From: Chrysomallon squamiferum
Lineage: Eukaryota > Animalia > Mollusca
Assembly: GCA_012295275.1 (NCBI GenBank)
Contig: CM022667.1
Location: 5,642,001-5,706,000, forward strand
Direction: 5' to 3'
Length of the DNA stretch: 64,000 bases
Shown here piece by piece: positions 36,582-51,670 of this stretch; position 1 is the stretch's first letter, and every line of letters begins with the position of its first letter. The translations under genes were made by a program, and so were the position numbers. Under the pieces are notes generated by a model. The model was not told where the DNA came from. It was given only the letters and a program-made list of their open reading frames with translations, and ran no database searches.

Positions 36582-39500
36582 GCATACGAAATTCAGGTTA
36601 TTTGTATGGATGTTACTTAATTATAATTTGAAGATATCATCAAATGTCAGACATCAGTTCAGGTTCATTCAATAAGCAAATATGAAATACAAGACAGAAA
36701 CAAAAACGTCTGAGTTCAACCTGTGACTTGTGAGTTTTCATACACAGTGAGTACAGAGTATGGTGAGTCTTTTCTAGCTTCCAGTGATGAGTAATTGTTT
36801 GTAGTATCCGTGTTTCTGTCAGTATCTGAAAAATAGTCTTGATTATAGAGTTACACAGTAAAATGGAACTGTAGTTCCCACAATATTACTAATAGGATAA
36901 AAATAAAAATAATAGTAATATCAACATAGGCAGCAGTAGTAGCATTTTGTGTTGCTTTCGTTGTTTTTATATAAGATTATTGACAAAACATAAAATAATA
37001 CTTACATTACTTTTATATAAATTACGTCTTATCACAGTTACTGTTAACATGTAATAACCAAGCTGTACACTTTCACCGATTATTTTCTTTCTTATTAAAA
37101 TGTATCAATGGAACTTTATTTTTTACCTTTTCAAGCTATATTTTACCGTAAATTCTGATCACATCCTTTACTGATAATAAAGACGATATTATTACTGTAA
37201 TACGACCAAAAAGGGCATTGTATTTCTGTACATGATTTCTTAGAAATTTTGAAAACAAAAATTACAGGCGTGTTTCTCATTTAACTGACCAGCATCACAG
37301 AAACTCTTTAACCTGTTACAATTTGTATTTATATAACATAAACAATGTATACTTCTACTGATTATTTTCCTTCATTTTAAAAATATCAGCTAAATCATAA
37401 AAACAAATGAAGTGTAAACATTTATTTTTATTATTTTTTATTTATGTTTTGCTGTAGATTTACCACTTTATTCTTTACCACAATTCCGGATCAAATCCTT
37501 CATATGTTAGGTATTTAATATTAGAACAATAAAATAAGACTTTGTACTTTAGGTATGTCTCAGTTATTCTGTAAACAAAGAAAGCAGACACACAGCATGT
37601 CTCTGATTTAACAGGCAGCATCACAAAAACTCTTTAACCTGTTACACTTTGTATGTATATACTGACCTTGATTTTGTTGAAGATCATCATAGAGAGAAGA
37701 TTCCTGTACTCCAGTGTTAAACTGTCTGAAACAAACAAACAACATCAAGAACAAAAAGAACAAGAACATAGCAACAACAACAAGAACAGAAACAAAAATC
37801 AATCAGAAGTGGAGAATTCTTGAATTTTAGTTTATTTAAAAGTTTATATTTGTGTGTGTCTGCGTGTATATATTATTATAATTATTTTTAAATTACCCAT
37901 AATATTAAGATATCAAAATGATATTGTTTATGCAGAAGTAAATCAGGGTTGAATTGTTGAGAAACTGATCAGATTTTCAATTATTTTTTTAATTGTTCAT
38001 TTTTTATTATTATTATTATTATTATTTTTTTTTTTTTTTTTTTGTAACTTTCATAACTTACCTTGATACGTACGTGCTCTCAGGTTTAGATTGATCTAAA
38101 ATGAGAATAATCTTGACAATCTAAGAAATATAAAATAATTCCTATTGATTTTTGTTTTACAAGAATTAAATATGAATTTTGTTTCTTTATTTATTTTGAT
38201 AAACAAGATTTATAAAATTGAAAAATTTAGGAGAAAGCTAAGAATGAACATTGTTTTTTTATGTAATATTTTAATGACGGCAGTGTATTTTTAACATTTA
38301 CCTTTTCTCTTCCAGCAGAAAAAGAAAACGATTGCCCCAATGAAAAGTTCTGTTGCCAGTAAAATTCCAATTCCAATTCCAATTCCTGCTCCTAGCAAAG
38401 TATCTTTTCCTTGCGTACATTCTGAAGATGACAAAACTGAAAAAAAGAAGAAAAAAAAGAAAAGAAACAAACATTTGTCAACTGCACACGTAAATACAGT
38501 CACAGCAGGTTCCATGTATCATGATACTAAACAGGACTTCCTTTTATTTATTTATTTATTATTGTTAATTATTATTATTATTATTTTTATTATTATCATC
38601 AAATGTATTAAACAACAACAATGATAGTTGAGATTTACTATCATAAAGGGAAGGGTTATTTTTTTTATACAAATAGTCATAAACACTCCAATATAGTTGT
38701 TTATTAAAGTTTTAAATTAATCACATTTTAAATGAAGGTTCTTTGTTACACGATTCTGTTCTGAAATATCCTTTTAATTTTTACTTTCTAAAAATCATTA
38801 ACGAAATTATACAGGGCAAGGAGAATAGAAAGCCATTTTTATTTGTTTTTGTTGTTTTATATTGTAAAACTATACAATATACATTAGATATACATCGAGA
38901 GTATTTGAAACAGATTGGACTATTATTTCAGGAAAAATCTGTTAAAAGCGAAAAGTATTTTTATTAGTATTTCAAGTACTTCACATAGATAAGTAATTTA
39001 ATTCATTTTTCTTACCACAGATACAAATCTGTTGTTCTTTCGTTGAGATTTTGAATCCAAACTTATTAAAAGCCAAAACTCGAATCAGATATATCTGGTG
39101 TTTGTAAACTAGAAATCTCTGCTGAGTGATTTGTGTGAAGACCTTTTTCACCAAACTGTTCAGTGAGATTTGTCCACTCAGATGTTGTGTCTGCTCGATA
39201 CTGTACAAGAAATGTTTGTTGTGATCCTCCATTAAATTCTTCTGTCCAAGACACTGACACTGAATGTGGACCAGTGGTCCAAGTTCTCACGTCAGAGGGA
39301 ACAGTTGGAGGACCTTCAAGTGTAGAACATTACAAAACTGTTAAATAGCACCAGTAGTGAACTGTCTATAATATATAATCTACATTTATAGTCTGCTTTG
39401 AAAAACAGTAAAATATTATCAAAATTATCCTATTAGAGGAAACAGTAGGAGAACTTTCGAGTTCTAAAATGTTATGAAAGTTTTAGAAAACATTTCACAA

Positions 39501-39769
39501 TGCAAAACACTTCACATTTATTCTTAAATAGCAGCTAAGAGCTACAAGCATTTCTGATTAAGAAAACAAATAGAAGAGGAAGAAAAAAAAGAATTTTATT
39601 TCTTGGAATCAAACCACACAGCCAAATATTGAGAGATATAACAGCAAAAAGCAGAAATACACTTGAAGCTGAAACTAATACATATGCCTTTAAATACATT
39701 TTCCATCAATCCTAAATATGATCACTAGGAAGCAAATTTTAAACATTAAAAAATATAAAACATTTTTTA

Positions 39770-39821
<52 letters not shown>

Positions 39822-40324
39822 TGTCAGTGCATCAGTTCAGTGATTTTACCTTGTTGAGTAAATCTTAGTTTCACAACCAGATCTCTTCTTTTTTCTCCAT
39901 TTGACACAACAACCTGATACATTCCAAAATGTTCTTGTTTGACATTTGTCAGTTTACATTCACCTACAGCAGACACATTTGTAGTGTTTACAGGTTGTGT
40001 AGATCCAAGACTTTTATTGTTTACATCTGTGAGTTTATACCAGGTAAATGTTGGAACTGGATTGCCAATCACAGAAATGTGTAGAGTTACATTTCCACCT
40101 TCTACAGAATCAAATTTGTTCTGGAATGTAACTCGATGATCAAGTCTTGGTGAACCTGAAAACAAATATTAGTTATGAATAAGGAATTTATTCAAGCATT
40201 TATTTTTATCTATAAATTGAATGTTTGTGTCCTACAGTAATATTTATCTAGCTGTAAGGCCTTATTATTTATAGGGCTCAATAGGCTAAACGCTACTGGA
40301 CTGTCAGTTTTTTTTATTATTTTT

Positions 40325-40503
40325 ATTATTATTATTATTATTACGATTATTATCATTGTTATTATTATTATCATCATCATCATTATTATTATCATTGTTA
40401 TTATTATTATCATCATCATCATTATTATTATCATTATTATTATTATAATTATTATTATTATTATTATTATTATTATCATTATTATTATCATTATTATTAT
40501 TAT
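40325..40503. repeat. (TTA/TCA)n compound microsatellite
   Basis: Directly visible; it produces the poly-Ile ORF at 40210-40533. Confidence 0.95.
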
Positions 40504-40644
40504 TTGTTTAGTCTTGTTTTTGCTGAGACTCAATTACTGCTACAGGCTGGTAAAAGACTGAAAGACTAAAAACAGGTGTTTGGGTTAAAATCATCCTGTT
40601 ATTTTAAGTAAATAACATTTTAATCATTTAATTATGAGTATTAT

Positions 40645-40678
<34 letters not shown>

Positions 40679-43600
40679 TTGTGTTTGTGTGTAATTATGT
40701 ACATCTGTGAAAGCTGTGTAAGATAAATCTAGGCCCAAGCATTGTTATTATCAACTAATAACAAAAAAATTAAAAACAATGCTAATATATTTAATAATCA
40801 CTATATATATATATATATGTTTCAGTTTGAATAATAAGGACACGACAGAAATTGAAAAAAGGAAATTAGTTTATATATATATAGTAATTTTTAGCCAGCA
40901 ATACTAACTTTTCAGTGAGGTAATAACTACACAAATTATTCAATATAAGAAATATTTGAATATTCCCATTTATAATAAACAAAACAGACAGTTATAGCAA
41001 GTACCAGAGAGTTTGGACAAACCATTTTTAATTTTAGATTGATCTGATTCATATGTTTTCTTACTTATATCTTAGAAATACTTGTTGAATATTCTGAAAT
41101 AAAATCTTAATTTTTTTTTTTTTAAATCAAATGTAAAAATAAAATAATGCTTATACAACATAAATTAAAGATAATACACATCTTTCTTTTTCTTTTGTTT
41201 TACCAGATTAATGAAGAAGTCTATATATAATGTTTTTTCGGAAGAAGACAAAAACAGTGCAAATAAAGTTACAACATTACATACATGTAACATTAAGCTG
41301 CACACTTTGACTGACATCAGACTTGATGTTGTTTCCTGCTTCACAGGTTTAAAATCCTGTATCCAGACATCCAGCTTCATTCCAGCTGTAATCCGCTGAC
41401 TTGGAGTTTTTCACTTCACGTAGAATGTGTGAGTTGTTTAACAGTTTGATGTGAGATGCTGGATTACTGTCAACTTCACATCTCAGAGACACAGGAGTCA
41501 GTTCATCAACTGTTAACTTTGTAGACTTTGAGTTTAAAGTGAAAGATGTTATTGAAGTCTGAACTGTAACAAGTAAAAACACTGCAAAGTATCTTGTTAA
41601 ATACATTTGAACATTAAGTAACGTATATTTTTTGCACATAAGTAGATTTAATCATTCATATTGGGTTGTTAACAAATCATTAAAATATTTGATATGTAGC
41701 ATGATATGGTTAAAAACAATTTTAAAGTTCTCTTGAAAGCATATGTATTTATTTTAAAAAGCAGAAAACAGTTTTACTTTTCACAGATTGTATTTCTGTA
41801 TTAAAAACCAAATCAATACTTTGAAGGAGACTCTGAATTTTAGCAGACACAGAAGTATGTGGATGTCACACAGTGAAGCAAATTTGAAAGAAAAAGAATC
41901 AACTAATTGAAATTAATCAACTGAAATTAATCATGTTTATAAAAAACAAAAAAAATGAAGCCCTTGAAGGAAAAGCATATGCAGTTAATGAATTGATGAA
42001 GAATGTTCTAGAGACGATGTAGTTAGAAACAGAGTCTACTAGATAACAACTGAAATTCTCCTGTGTAATATCAGACTGAAATAGAAAAATAAATAAATAT
42101 GATGTGAACACAACCTGAAAATAATTATGTATGTATGTATGTATGCATGCATGCATATTTGGCTGTTTATACAGCCTGAAATAAAGCATAAGTCACTTTT
42201 AAATTATTTACATTTAACAGTGATTAACATATAGTAAATTTATTTCATCTACTGTTATCTTTGCAAACTGAGTCTAAAGTCAAAGATATTACTAAAGCAT
42301 GATCTGTAACAAATAAACAATTACTGAATTTATTATGTTCGATAGACAATTCTCCAACAGTTGAACTGATTTATGTTGATGAAGAACTACTGAGCTAACA
42401 GGATGACGTCTGAATTTAAAAATTGTTATAAGCTCCTCTTTGTTATTTCTCTTTGTTGGTCTTTTTTTCTATTCTTTTATGTTTGTAATATAACCAGTCT
42501 ATATTTATTTATTCATTTATTTATTTATTAAATTATCTATGTTTTCAAGTAGGTAAACTGAACATAATTACCCTTGTAACCTTATTATAAATGTGTTTAC
42601 ATTATGTTTCTGAATGTATTTGATTTTGAAAACACATTTAGAATTGAAACTTTTGTCACCATTTTCCTGTCTTTATGTTTCTTTTTTCCCCCTTTTTCTC
42701 CTTCGTTTTCTTCTTTTTAACTTCTATATATATATATACACATATATATTCTTTTCCTTTTTATAAACTTTCCCTCTTTCTTTAATTTTGAGTTTTTAAT
42801 GTGTATAAAATACAGTACTTTTATTCAAGAACATCATTCATGTCATTATTTATTTCTATCTTTGTTAAACAAATATTAAAGTGCAAATATAAATCCTGTT
42901 TGAAAATCAAATTCTCTAAGTTTACTTACACTGAACATCCAAGGTAACAGTTTTGTTTTTTGACTTGTTTGTGTTTACATTGGTGACAATATACACACAG
43001 ACTCCAGCCTCTGTTCTGTGTATTTGTGTAAAAGAAAGTACAGCATCGTTTATTTCCTTTGTCTGACACTTCCACTTGTAAGAGCAGACTTCATCACAGT
43101 CTGCCTCACACGAAACAGCCACGTTTTTACCTTCTACTATCTGTACTGGTGAACTTCTGTTCAGTTTAATGTTTTCTGGACCAACTGAAAATGAAAATAA
43201 ATCATTTGGTTTGATTTTTTTTTATATGATAATAGTAATAGTGCTAATAATAAAAAAATAAATAAATAAAATAATTGTGCTTTCTCTCTACATTAACTTA
43301 ATAAATAAAATTAAAAAACAAAAATAGTCTAAATTTTATAATACTTATTACTAATTCTTTCACACGCACACATACCGAAAATTTACCTTTAAATTATTAA
43401 TAAAACATATGTTTAATAGTTCTTTCATTCTTCATATTTTTACTCTTTAAAATAAATGATTAAAATATGATAATTTGCAAGAAAAAATGTTAAAATGTAC
43501 AATTGTTCAAAAATGCCAATTTAGTTCAAATTACTTGTTTAAAATACTGAAACTAATCTTTGTTTTATACCAACATACATACATACATACATACATAAAA

Positions 43601-44294
43601 CAGTATTTCATAGATTTATTCTGCAGATTTATCACTCTGCTAATAGTAGCTAATAATACAAAGATAATTAACAATTTAGCACTGACAATAATAATTTAAA
43701 ATAATTTGAAAACATAAAAAATGAATTTAGATCAGTTATAAATAAATAAATTTCTAAGATTATTTTTAAGTAAAACTCACAGAGTACTTTGAGAGTGAAA
43801 CTTTTAGTGAGAGATTTGGCTGAGACTCTGTTAGTCACAGTATATGTGTACTTCTGTCCTGTCTGGTTTCTTCTCACATTTGTAACACTGAGCTCAGACC
43901 CTGACTCAGACTGTTGATTGTTAAGAGACCAGGAAAACAAACATGGCGGCTTGCAGACAGCAACACAGTTTACATTCAAATCATCTCCTTCTTCAACATT
44001 TCCTGGTGAAGTCAGCTCTACACTGTCTGGTCCACCTGAAAAAAAAATAATAACAACAAATAAAGAAATAAAAACATGAATAAATATAAGTATGCACAAT
44101 GAATAGAACACAACCTTGCCCGTCTGAAACAATGTTATAATTTATATACTTTTTTGTCAATCCACGTGATCTAAGCAATTAAAGTAAAGTCAACAAAATA
44201 TTGTAAAGTCAGAACAGTATTTTATGTGGAATGTTTATATATACAAAAAATATATACAAAATGTGATAAATAACAATAATAATAATAATAATAA

Positions 44295-44325
<31 letters not shown>

Positions 44326-45823
44326 CAGAAGAAGAAGAAGAAGAAGAAATAAAAAGATAAAAAATAAATTACTTAATTAAAACATTTCTAAACAAATTTA
44401 CAATTTTCTCTTTTATTGATTTTAATGAACTCAGTTATGAAATAAAGAAATAAAAGAAACAAAAAATAAAATTCTGTATCCTGGTAGATGGTAAATAAAA
44501 TATTCTATCTCTGCCAATCTTCATTACAAACCTAATGAATCTGTTTATATATTTAATATTTTATAATTATTAATCCATCATCTATTTTATTATAACCTCA
44601 CTGAAAGTTACATGCAGCAGGTTTCTCAAATTGTAAAGCCAAGGTGTTCTTTTGTTGGATCCATGTTCTGTTTCAGAGAAATACACTATTCATATTTGCA
44701 GTTTTGAGATTCATCATTAGAACAAATGGAAATTCAAGTTTCCACTGCATTTTTTTAATTATCTTTCTTACAAAAGACCCATAATATTTGATAAAATAAA
44801 CATAAGATAAACACATAAATTTGCATAAAACCAGTTAATTTATTTTAGAGTTTTTTGGTATTTATTTTTTAATGAATTTTTCCAACCTTTCAGGTTAGAG
44901 AAGATTTTGGCCCAATCTATATGATTATAAAAGGTTAGAGAAAACCAGAAATATAGATACATCAAGACATGTACACAGTAACTTATTTCTGTGGTATAAA
45001 AAATATAATTCAAATAATACAAGAATGTTTAATATATATATATGTTATATAAGGTATATCTTTTTTCTCAACTATTTTAATTTTTGATTCCAGAAATGCA
45101 GTTACATTAATAAACTAGGATTTATATAAATTCTAAGTAAAATATCAATACATTTTATTTTTTTACTATCAATAACATCTTTGTTATAAAAATATAATTA
45201 TTTACTTACTGCTCATTTCTAATCTCAGTGTGTTACTGGACTCTCCACCAGTATTCAGTTGACAAAACCAGACTGTGACATCCTGATCTGAAGCTTTGTT
45301 AATTGTCACAGAATAGTTCTTAGTGGTTGACAGTCTGCTGTTTGTCCCATCTACACACTCTACAGAATAATTCTGTCTGTCAGCTGGAGCATTCCACACA
45401 GAACACTGATCTAGTTTCTGTTCGAGTGAAGCAAAACTCACACTACCACCAACTTTAAAAAACACTATTCTGTCATCAAGATTTTCAGCACCTGACACTG
45501 TACAAGTCAGAGTAAACTGTTTGTCTTTGACTAAATGAGATGAAGATCCAGACAAAGTCAGTGAAACACAATCTGTAAAATAAAAGATAAAATCTTTGTT
45601 TTCAGTATATCTGTTTCTTAGTTTCTCAGGGTTTTTTCTTCTTCTTCTTTCTAATAACATTATTATTCAATTTTTAATTTGGAAACTATTTAGTATCTGG
45701 TGATTTGAAAAAATAAGTAGTTGGAGGGAGTTGTTCGTTTACAATATTTCATTACACTAAATCCAATTAAATAATAATAATAATAATAATAATCATAATA
45801 ATAATAAAAACAACAACAATAAC

Positions 45824-45875
<52 letters not shown>

Positions 45876-46480
45876 CCTCTTTTATGTCTAAAATGAATAC
45901 ATTTCTAGAATGACAACTGCATCAAGTAGAACATTTATTACAGAGATATATGATAGAGTTCAGTGTGTGCACTTTGATCAGGTGGCAAAAATACTTTTCT
46001 TACATTACTGCACGATGCCAAATATTTTTAGATAGTTAGCTATCGTCATGCATACATTTTCAACAAATGCAGAACAATGATATTAGAGGAAGCTGGTGCT
46101 TGTTTGTCAAAGGAAAGAGCTTTTTCCTCTTATATATCCTTTTGAAGAACTTCAACATAGGTAACCATGGAAGTTCTGGTAAATGGGTTTTGAGGTTTGT
46201 ATGTGAAATTATTAATTAGTCTTTTATTAAAACAAGCATTTTTCTATGAATTTACTAACACTACTAATTTTATGTAATGGATATGTGTTTTAGTATGAAA
46301 ATGACACTGATTAACATATAACAGTGTAAACTGTTTTATTTTTAAACAAGTCTGAAATTTTATTATTTTCTAGTTTTATAGAAAAGAGTGAACACATGAT
46401 TCAGAAAGAGTGAAACTGAAACTTGACTACTTTGTGCTGTATCCTCCCATCCCACTTGTCACACATCTTTAAACAACACA

Positions 46481-46640
46481 GCTGAGTGCACTCCTAACTA
46501 CCTGAGTGAACTCCTAACTACCTGAGTGAAATCCTAACTACCTGAGTGAACTCCTAACTACCTGAGTGAACTGCTAACTATCTGAGTGAACTCCTAACTA
46601 CCTGAGTGAACTCCTAACTACCTGAGTGAACTCCTAACTA
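46481..46640. repeat. 20-bp minisatellite x8 (cctgagtgaactcctaacta) in the first intron of gene C
   Basis: Eight adjacent units without spacers. The paralogous intron of gene D has a single diverged copy at ~63192. Confidence 0.95.
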
Positions 46641-47242
46641 CATAGAAAATGACACTGAACTCCCGTCTATTACACAGTCAGCTTGGGAAATTATTAAGAA
46701 AATTCCTATTAACAATTAATAGAGAAGAACAGGAATCTGTATTCTTATCCATTTATTATAATATAGTCAGCCACATAACACGTTAGTGGTATGAATTATT
46801 AAATCATATTTTTTAAATATAAAAAAGACACATCTAGCACTAGGATGTATATCAATATATACAAAGGTCAGTTGTTACATTAATGTTACAGAGGTTTGAT
46901 TAGTTAGATCCTAGGCTGAGTGTGGGAGATAACTCTTTCTACTGCCTGTCAGTATATTTATCCCTAGACTGTATACAGGCATAAGAAAATAGTAATTAAA
47001 CTGATTCGTGTAATATCATTAAAAGATTATTCGATTAAATGGTTATACATCTTTAGAACATAATAAATTTGAGACAATTAAGATGAAATAATAAGCACAT
47101 TATTTGTTATTAAAGTTATTAAAGACTAAAGTTCAAAAGTGTATCAAAAATGGGCTATATTTCTATGAAGATTTGCTAAGTAAGAATAAAGAAATTATCA
47201 ATGGTGACTAATAATATTATTTATTTATTTACGTATGTTATT

Positions 47243-47314
<72 letters not shown>

Positions 47315-48169
47315 TAATTTGTGTTGTTGTTGTTGTTATTACGTTACTGATGATGATGATGAAAAAATTAAAATATCAACAAAATTATGCTTGATCAGTA
47401 ATAGATGTTGTTTAAGTATGATCAGTTGAGTAGGCTTAAACAACATCCGTGACTCAAAATGAATAAAAGTATCTAAACTGCAATCAAAGAGGAACACTGG
47501 TCTGAGTACGTGACACACGAAATCAGATTTTAATTTTTACTTTTCAGAGAAATATCTTTTAATCAGAAATATGAGACCGATAACTGATAGTTTTTATTTA
47601 AATGTCAGAAATGTTTCAGTTTCATATGTTTCAGTATAACTCTATTCACTAAAACATTAACAAAAATAAAATTAAAATAAGGAAAAGGAGGTAGCTATCG
47701 TGAGTCAGAATAAAAGTAAAATAATTTTCACAGTTGATAGGCAATCAAGATTGAGCTTCAAGAAGATTTTTTAACAGTTTCTGTAAATTTACCTGAATAC
47801 GCAACACTTTTCAAGAACAACACGACTAAAATCAGTTTCTTATCGACAGCAGAAAATATCGCAGACATAATTTATTAACTGTAAACAGTGAAAATGTTTC
47901 AGATACAAAATCCCGTTCTGAGAAGAAACGACGCTTTCACTTGCTGTAAACTTCCTCGTTTGTTTCTGTCAACAATGCGTACTTTTATCCTGATTTAATT
48001 AATGCAGTAAGATTCCATTATAGATTTAAATTAAAGTTACAGTATTATAGTGACTAAATATCATACAAATCCTTGTTTTGATGTTTTATTAAATTACTGG
48101 CGATCATTTGATAGCACAGACTAACTCACAGCGAACTTCCACTAAGTTTACAGTATTGAATATAAACTC

Positions 48170-48295
48170 TAAAACGAGGCTACGTCCTACCTCTGCTGTG
48201 GGTGGGTACAAAGGGATATGTCCCGGGTGAGTGAGTGCTAAGCAGAGCGAGTTGTTGTGAAGCACGTCTGGGTCAGGCACGCTATTTAACAAAGA
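48170..48295 (+). mobile_element. Possible decayed SINE/LINE 3' tail
   Basis: GC-rich island ending tgtgaagcacgtctgggtcaggcacgctatttaa, loosely resembling the tgtaaagcgc...gcgctatataaa tail of L2-related elements. Weak. Confidence 0.25.
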
Positions 48296-50127
48296 CTTGA
48301 AATGTGTAAACTTGTATAAATTGTCCTGAAGTTAGTTCTAAGTCCCCGTACTCCTTAATCGCCTTAGACGTAGAGTGACAGGTGTGTGCAATCAAACGTT
48401 TAGAACGAACTAATTCTGTAACACAGTTATTAGCGCTAAGAACTTGTTTTACAGGTTATACTGGGACTGTTACAAAGTTTCATACTTAGGAGAATACTTC
48501 TTTATTTTTTATTTATTTATTTATTTTTATTTTATTGTGCTTGCTAGTTATTTAATTTAGGTATCAGTAAGCAGGAAGAAAATACAGGAATGTATAATTT
48601 AATTAAACACAAAGACAACTTTTAAACATTTTCATTAATTACTAAATTAACATTTTAGTAAATCTGTATTGATACGAGAAAATCCGCTATTCTTCTTTTA
48701 TTCTTATTCTTAGAAGTTAATAATTTATTAGTTACTGAATACGAGCGTTATTTCTTTTATAACTGGTCAGTCTTTGTCCAGATTAATGTTTGTAAACAGC
48801 TCAGTAAACATCACAGCACCTGAAATGTAACTTTGACATATTATGTAGAAATTGTTATGAAATTAAAATACTTGTAACTGAGACACTAATATATTTTTAA
48901 CAAAGTTGTCTAGAAAGCATACTAGTGAAGGTTATTTAACGTTTATCTGCAATATATCTATAGAAATAGGTTACAGAAGTGGTCACTCTCGTCCTTCAGT
49001 TGAAATGAAATTTTTAGATTTTGTAATAAACAGCGCATTTTGGAAATTTAATAATTCCCTTTTATAGTGTAAAAATTCTGTTTTTACGGTGAAAGAAATT
49101 ATTAAAGACACTGTAAAATAATAAATTCCTCCTGGCTTTCATACTCTATCTAATAGCGAACCTTTTTACCTAAAATTAAATATTACTGATCCGCTATTTT
49201 TCGAAATTGTAAGGATGGAAATACGAGGCGAAATACTTTTAACTGAAGGTAAATGATTAATTTCAAAATATAATGATTATTCTAGCAAACAGAAATATAA
49301 TATTAGCAGTAAGTGTTGTTTTTTGTTGTTGTTGTTTGTTTTCGTTCTTTTGGGGTTTTTTGTTTTGTTTTGCTGTTGTTGTTGTTTTTATTCAACAACT
49401 ATTAGGACATCTTCACAACGTATAGTGATGACGCAGAATGGTTAGGATAGACATTAAATTACGACTGAAAGATATTTATGTTTTTAATTTATTTTTTCAT
49501 TTTACAAATTAAAACAAAACAATATGGATACAAAGTAAAGAATCAAGTTTGAACGGGTATTCGGTTTTCTGAAAAAGTTTAAAATTCAGATTTTGCTTTT
49601 ATGTGGTAAACTTTACATATATAAAAACAAAGTTTGATTTACAGGTGAAGTGTTAAACAAATTTACAAAATATAGTTTACTGTTTCTGTTTTATATTAAA
49701 CAACACTGATAATACATTTTATTTCTATACAATTTGATTATCATTTCGATATTCAGAGAAGAATGGATTCTAGAGAATTTTAGCATTTAATTTATTCAGT
49801 TGACCACGTTAATTAATTATTTCGTGTAATTCCAGCTTAGTGAAAAGTTTGACAAAGCTAAATTTCGCTCCGTTTCTGAATTTCTACCAGAAGCAGAGTA
49901 ACATATCGTAGTAAAATAACAATACGTTTATCTAAATTTAAAACACACGAGAAATTCAACAACCTTACACACACATATCATCCCAACAAATGTCTAACAA
50001 AACATTTCTAGCAGCAAATTCATTTTATTTTCGCTGTAACCAGTTCATTTGCAGAAGCCCATTGTCTACAGCCTTTAACATTTTCATAAAATATATATTA
50101 CTCAAATCCAGCAGCTACTTGCTTGCA

Positions 50128-50151
50128 ACATATTATTATTATTATTATTAT

Positions 50152-50200
<49 letters not shown>

Positions 50201-50228
50201 TGTAGCAGTTGTAGTAGTTGTAGTAGTA
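50128..50228. repeat. (ATT)n(AGT)n microsatellite
   Basis: Directly visible; it produces the poly-Ser and poly-Leu ORFs. Confidence 0.95.
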
Positions 50229-51299
50229 AAGTGTGTGCGTTGTTGCTAGGATGGTTCTCTAGTTCTGCTACAGAGATGTTTCCTAGGATCTTGACACCTG
50301 ACTCTGTTGTTGCTCTCATCTCCCGTATCTTGCTGATCAGACAGACAGACAGAACTAAATGTAACGTGCTAATCAGACAGACAGACAGACAGAACAAAAT
50401 GTAACGTGCTACTCAGAGTGATAGGTACGCTGTCTGACAAAGCCAGGGGTGTGTGTATGTTCTGATCTGTATTTCAAGTCTTTTACTCAACTTTTTAACT
50501 TCCTTAGTTGACACATTTCTCTCTGACTCTGTGGTCATAACTATGTGAAGGCAGGTCGTTTTCTTCTCATTCCTGACAATGATATTCTATGTAGGCATAC
50601 TTAGTGCTCCGATTACCCATAGAAGGAAAACTTTGTGATTTCAAAATAACAATAATATAGAAGAAAATCTGTGAAAACTGAGTTAATCTTTTAAAACATA
50701 CATATTAAATACTTTACACATTTAATCTGCTACCTTAGTTAATACTGAGAAAACTCAGATATAGTGAACACTCATTTCATCTGTCGTGAGAAAAACGATG
50801 TCATCAAATGACACGCATCATGTCGGAAAACACTGCTCTACTCTGATCAGTGACAGATTACCGTTGTTTGATATTATTCAATAAAAACAAAAACAAAAAT
50901 GAGGTAACAACTTGTGATATATTTATTGTTATGTTATTATTTTGTTATTTTTATTATCACGTACATTAGATTTGTGACAAAATAATTATATGAATAAATT
51001 TAAAATAAATTCAATGAGTCATGTTGCATACCAACTTTCCTTGAAATTAAAATAATAATATTTATATTATGTTCATTATTCTAACTGAAATGGCATGATT
51101 ACGATACGATACAGTTTGATAAGAAACAGTTCAAAGTTTATCTGTCGGTATTGCATAATAATTATAATAATTATAATGATCGACTGAACTAAACAGATGT
51201 TATAAATATTCGGATTATTTTACGTTACGTCAGTTCCAGATAGCCTACTACTTAGTTACTTCAAAGTATACTATAATACACACCGTCATATACCAAGTA

Positions 51300-51670
51300 T
51301 GTTGTACTAGTTTAACCTGTAATTATTATTAGATATCAGGTATATCTATTGTTTTTAATATTACTGTTATTTTACATACTGTGTACTTGTTGTACATAAA
51401 GTCAAGTGTTGTAACAGCCTTACCTGTAATTATTCTTAAACAGTAAAACAGGTATATCTATTATTTTTAATATTACAGTTATTTTACATACTGTGTACTT
51501 GTTGTACATACACTCAAGTGTTGTAGCAGCCTCACCTGTAATTATTATTATTATTTTAAGTTTTTATTCGATTTATCTATTGAAACAGTTTTACATTTGA
51601 AGATTTTACCTTTAACTACACTCACGAGTGAAATGAAGAGGATAACTCCACTGAAAACGCTGATAACCAT
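51300..51670 (-). pseudogene. Orphan A-type leader exon and decaying acceptor/micro-exon repeats, V exon missing
   Basis: Leader 51670-51610 (MVISVFSGVILFISLVSVVK, G|gtaaaa, 61 nt as in gene A). Three repeat units follow: intact at 51535-51512, donor mutated at 51423, degenerate at ~51315. No V exon follows. Confidence 0.8.

Larger units (their letters stand above)
36716..47868 (-). pseudogene. Gene C: disabled ITAM-type IgSF receptor, paralog of gene D
   Basis: Exons: leader 47868-47793 (MSAIFSAVDKKLILVVLFLKSVAYS), V 45572-45210, Ig 44035-43781, 43184-42930, 41563-41285 and 40155-39850, FN3 39313-39016, TM 38421-38302, tail 38095-38062, 37725-37667 and 36825-36716. Lesions: TAC>TAA at 41351-41349; the FN3 exon is 298 nt rather than 300 (frameshift); the F-strand Cys is Tyr in both C2-like exons. 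Confidence 0.88.

Noticed and set aside
40210-40533. Low-complexity ORFs (poly-I here; poly-S/L at 50098-50404; RE repeats at 8337 and 53002; 36125)
   Set aside because: They are translations of microsatellites with no splice or homology support.
46481-46640. CRISPR-like appearance of the 20-bp and ~107-bp repeats
   Set aside because: No unique spacers, no cas genes and a eukaryotic intron context; these are tandem repeats.
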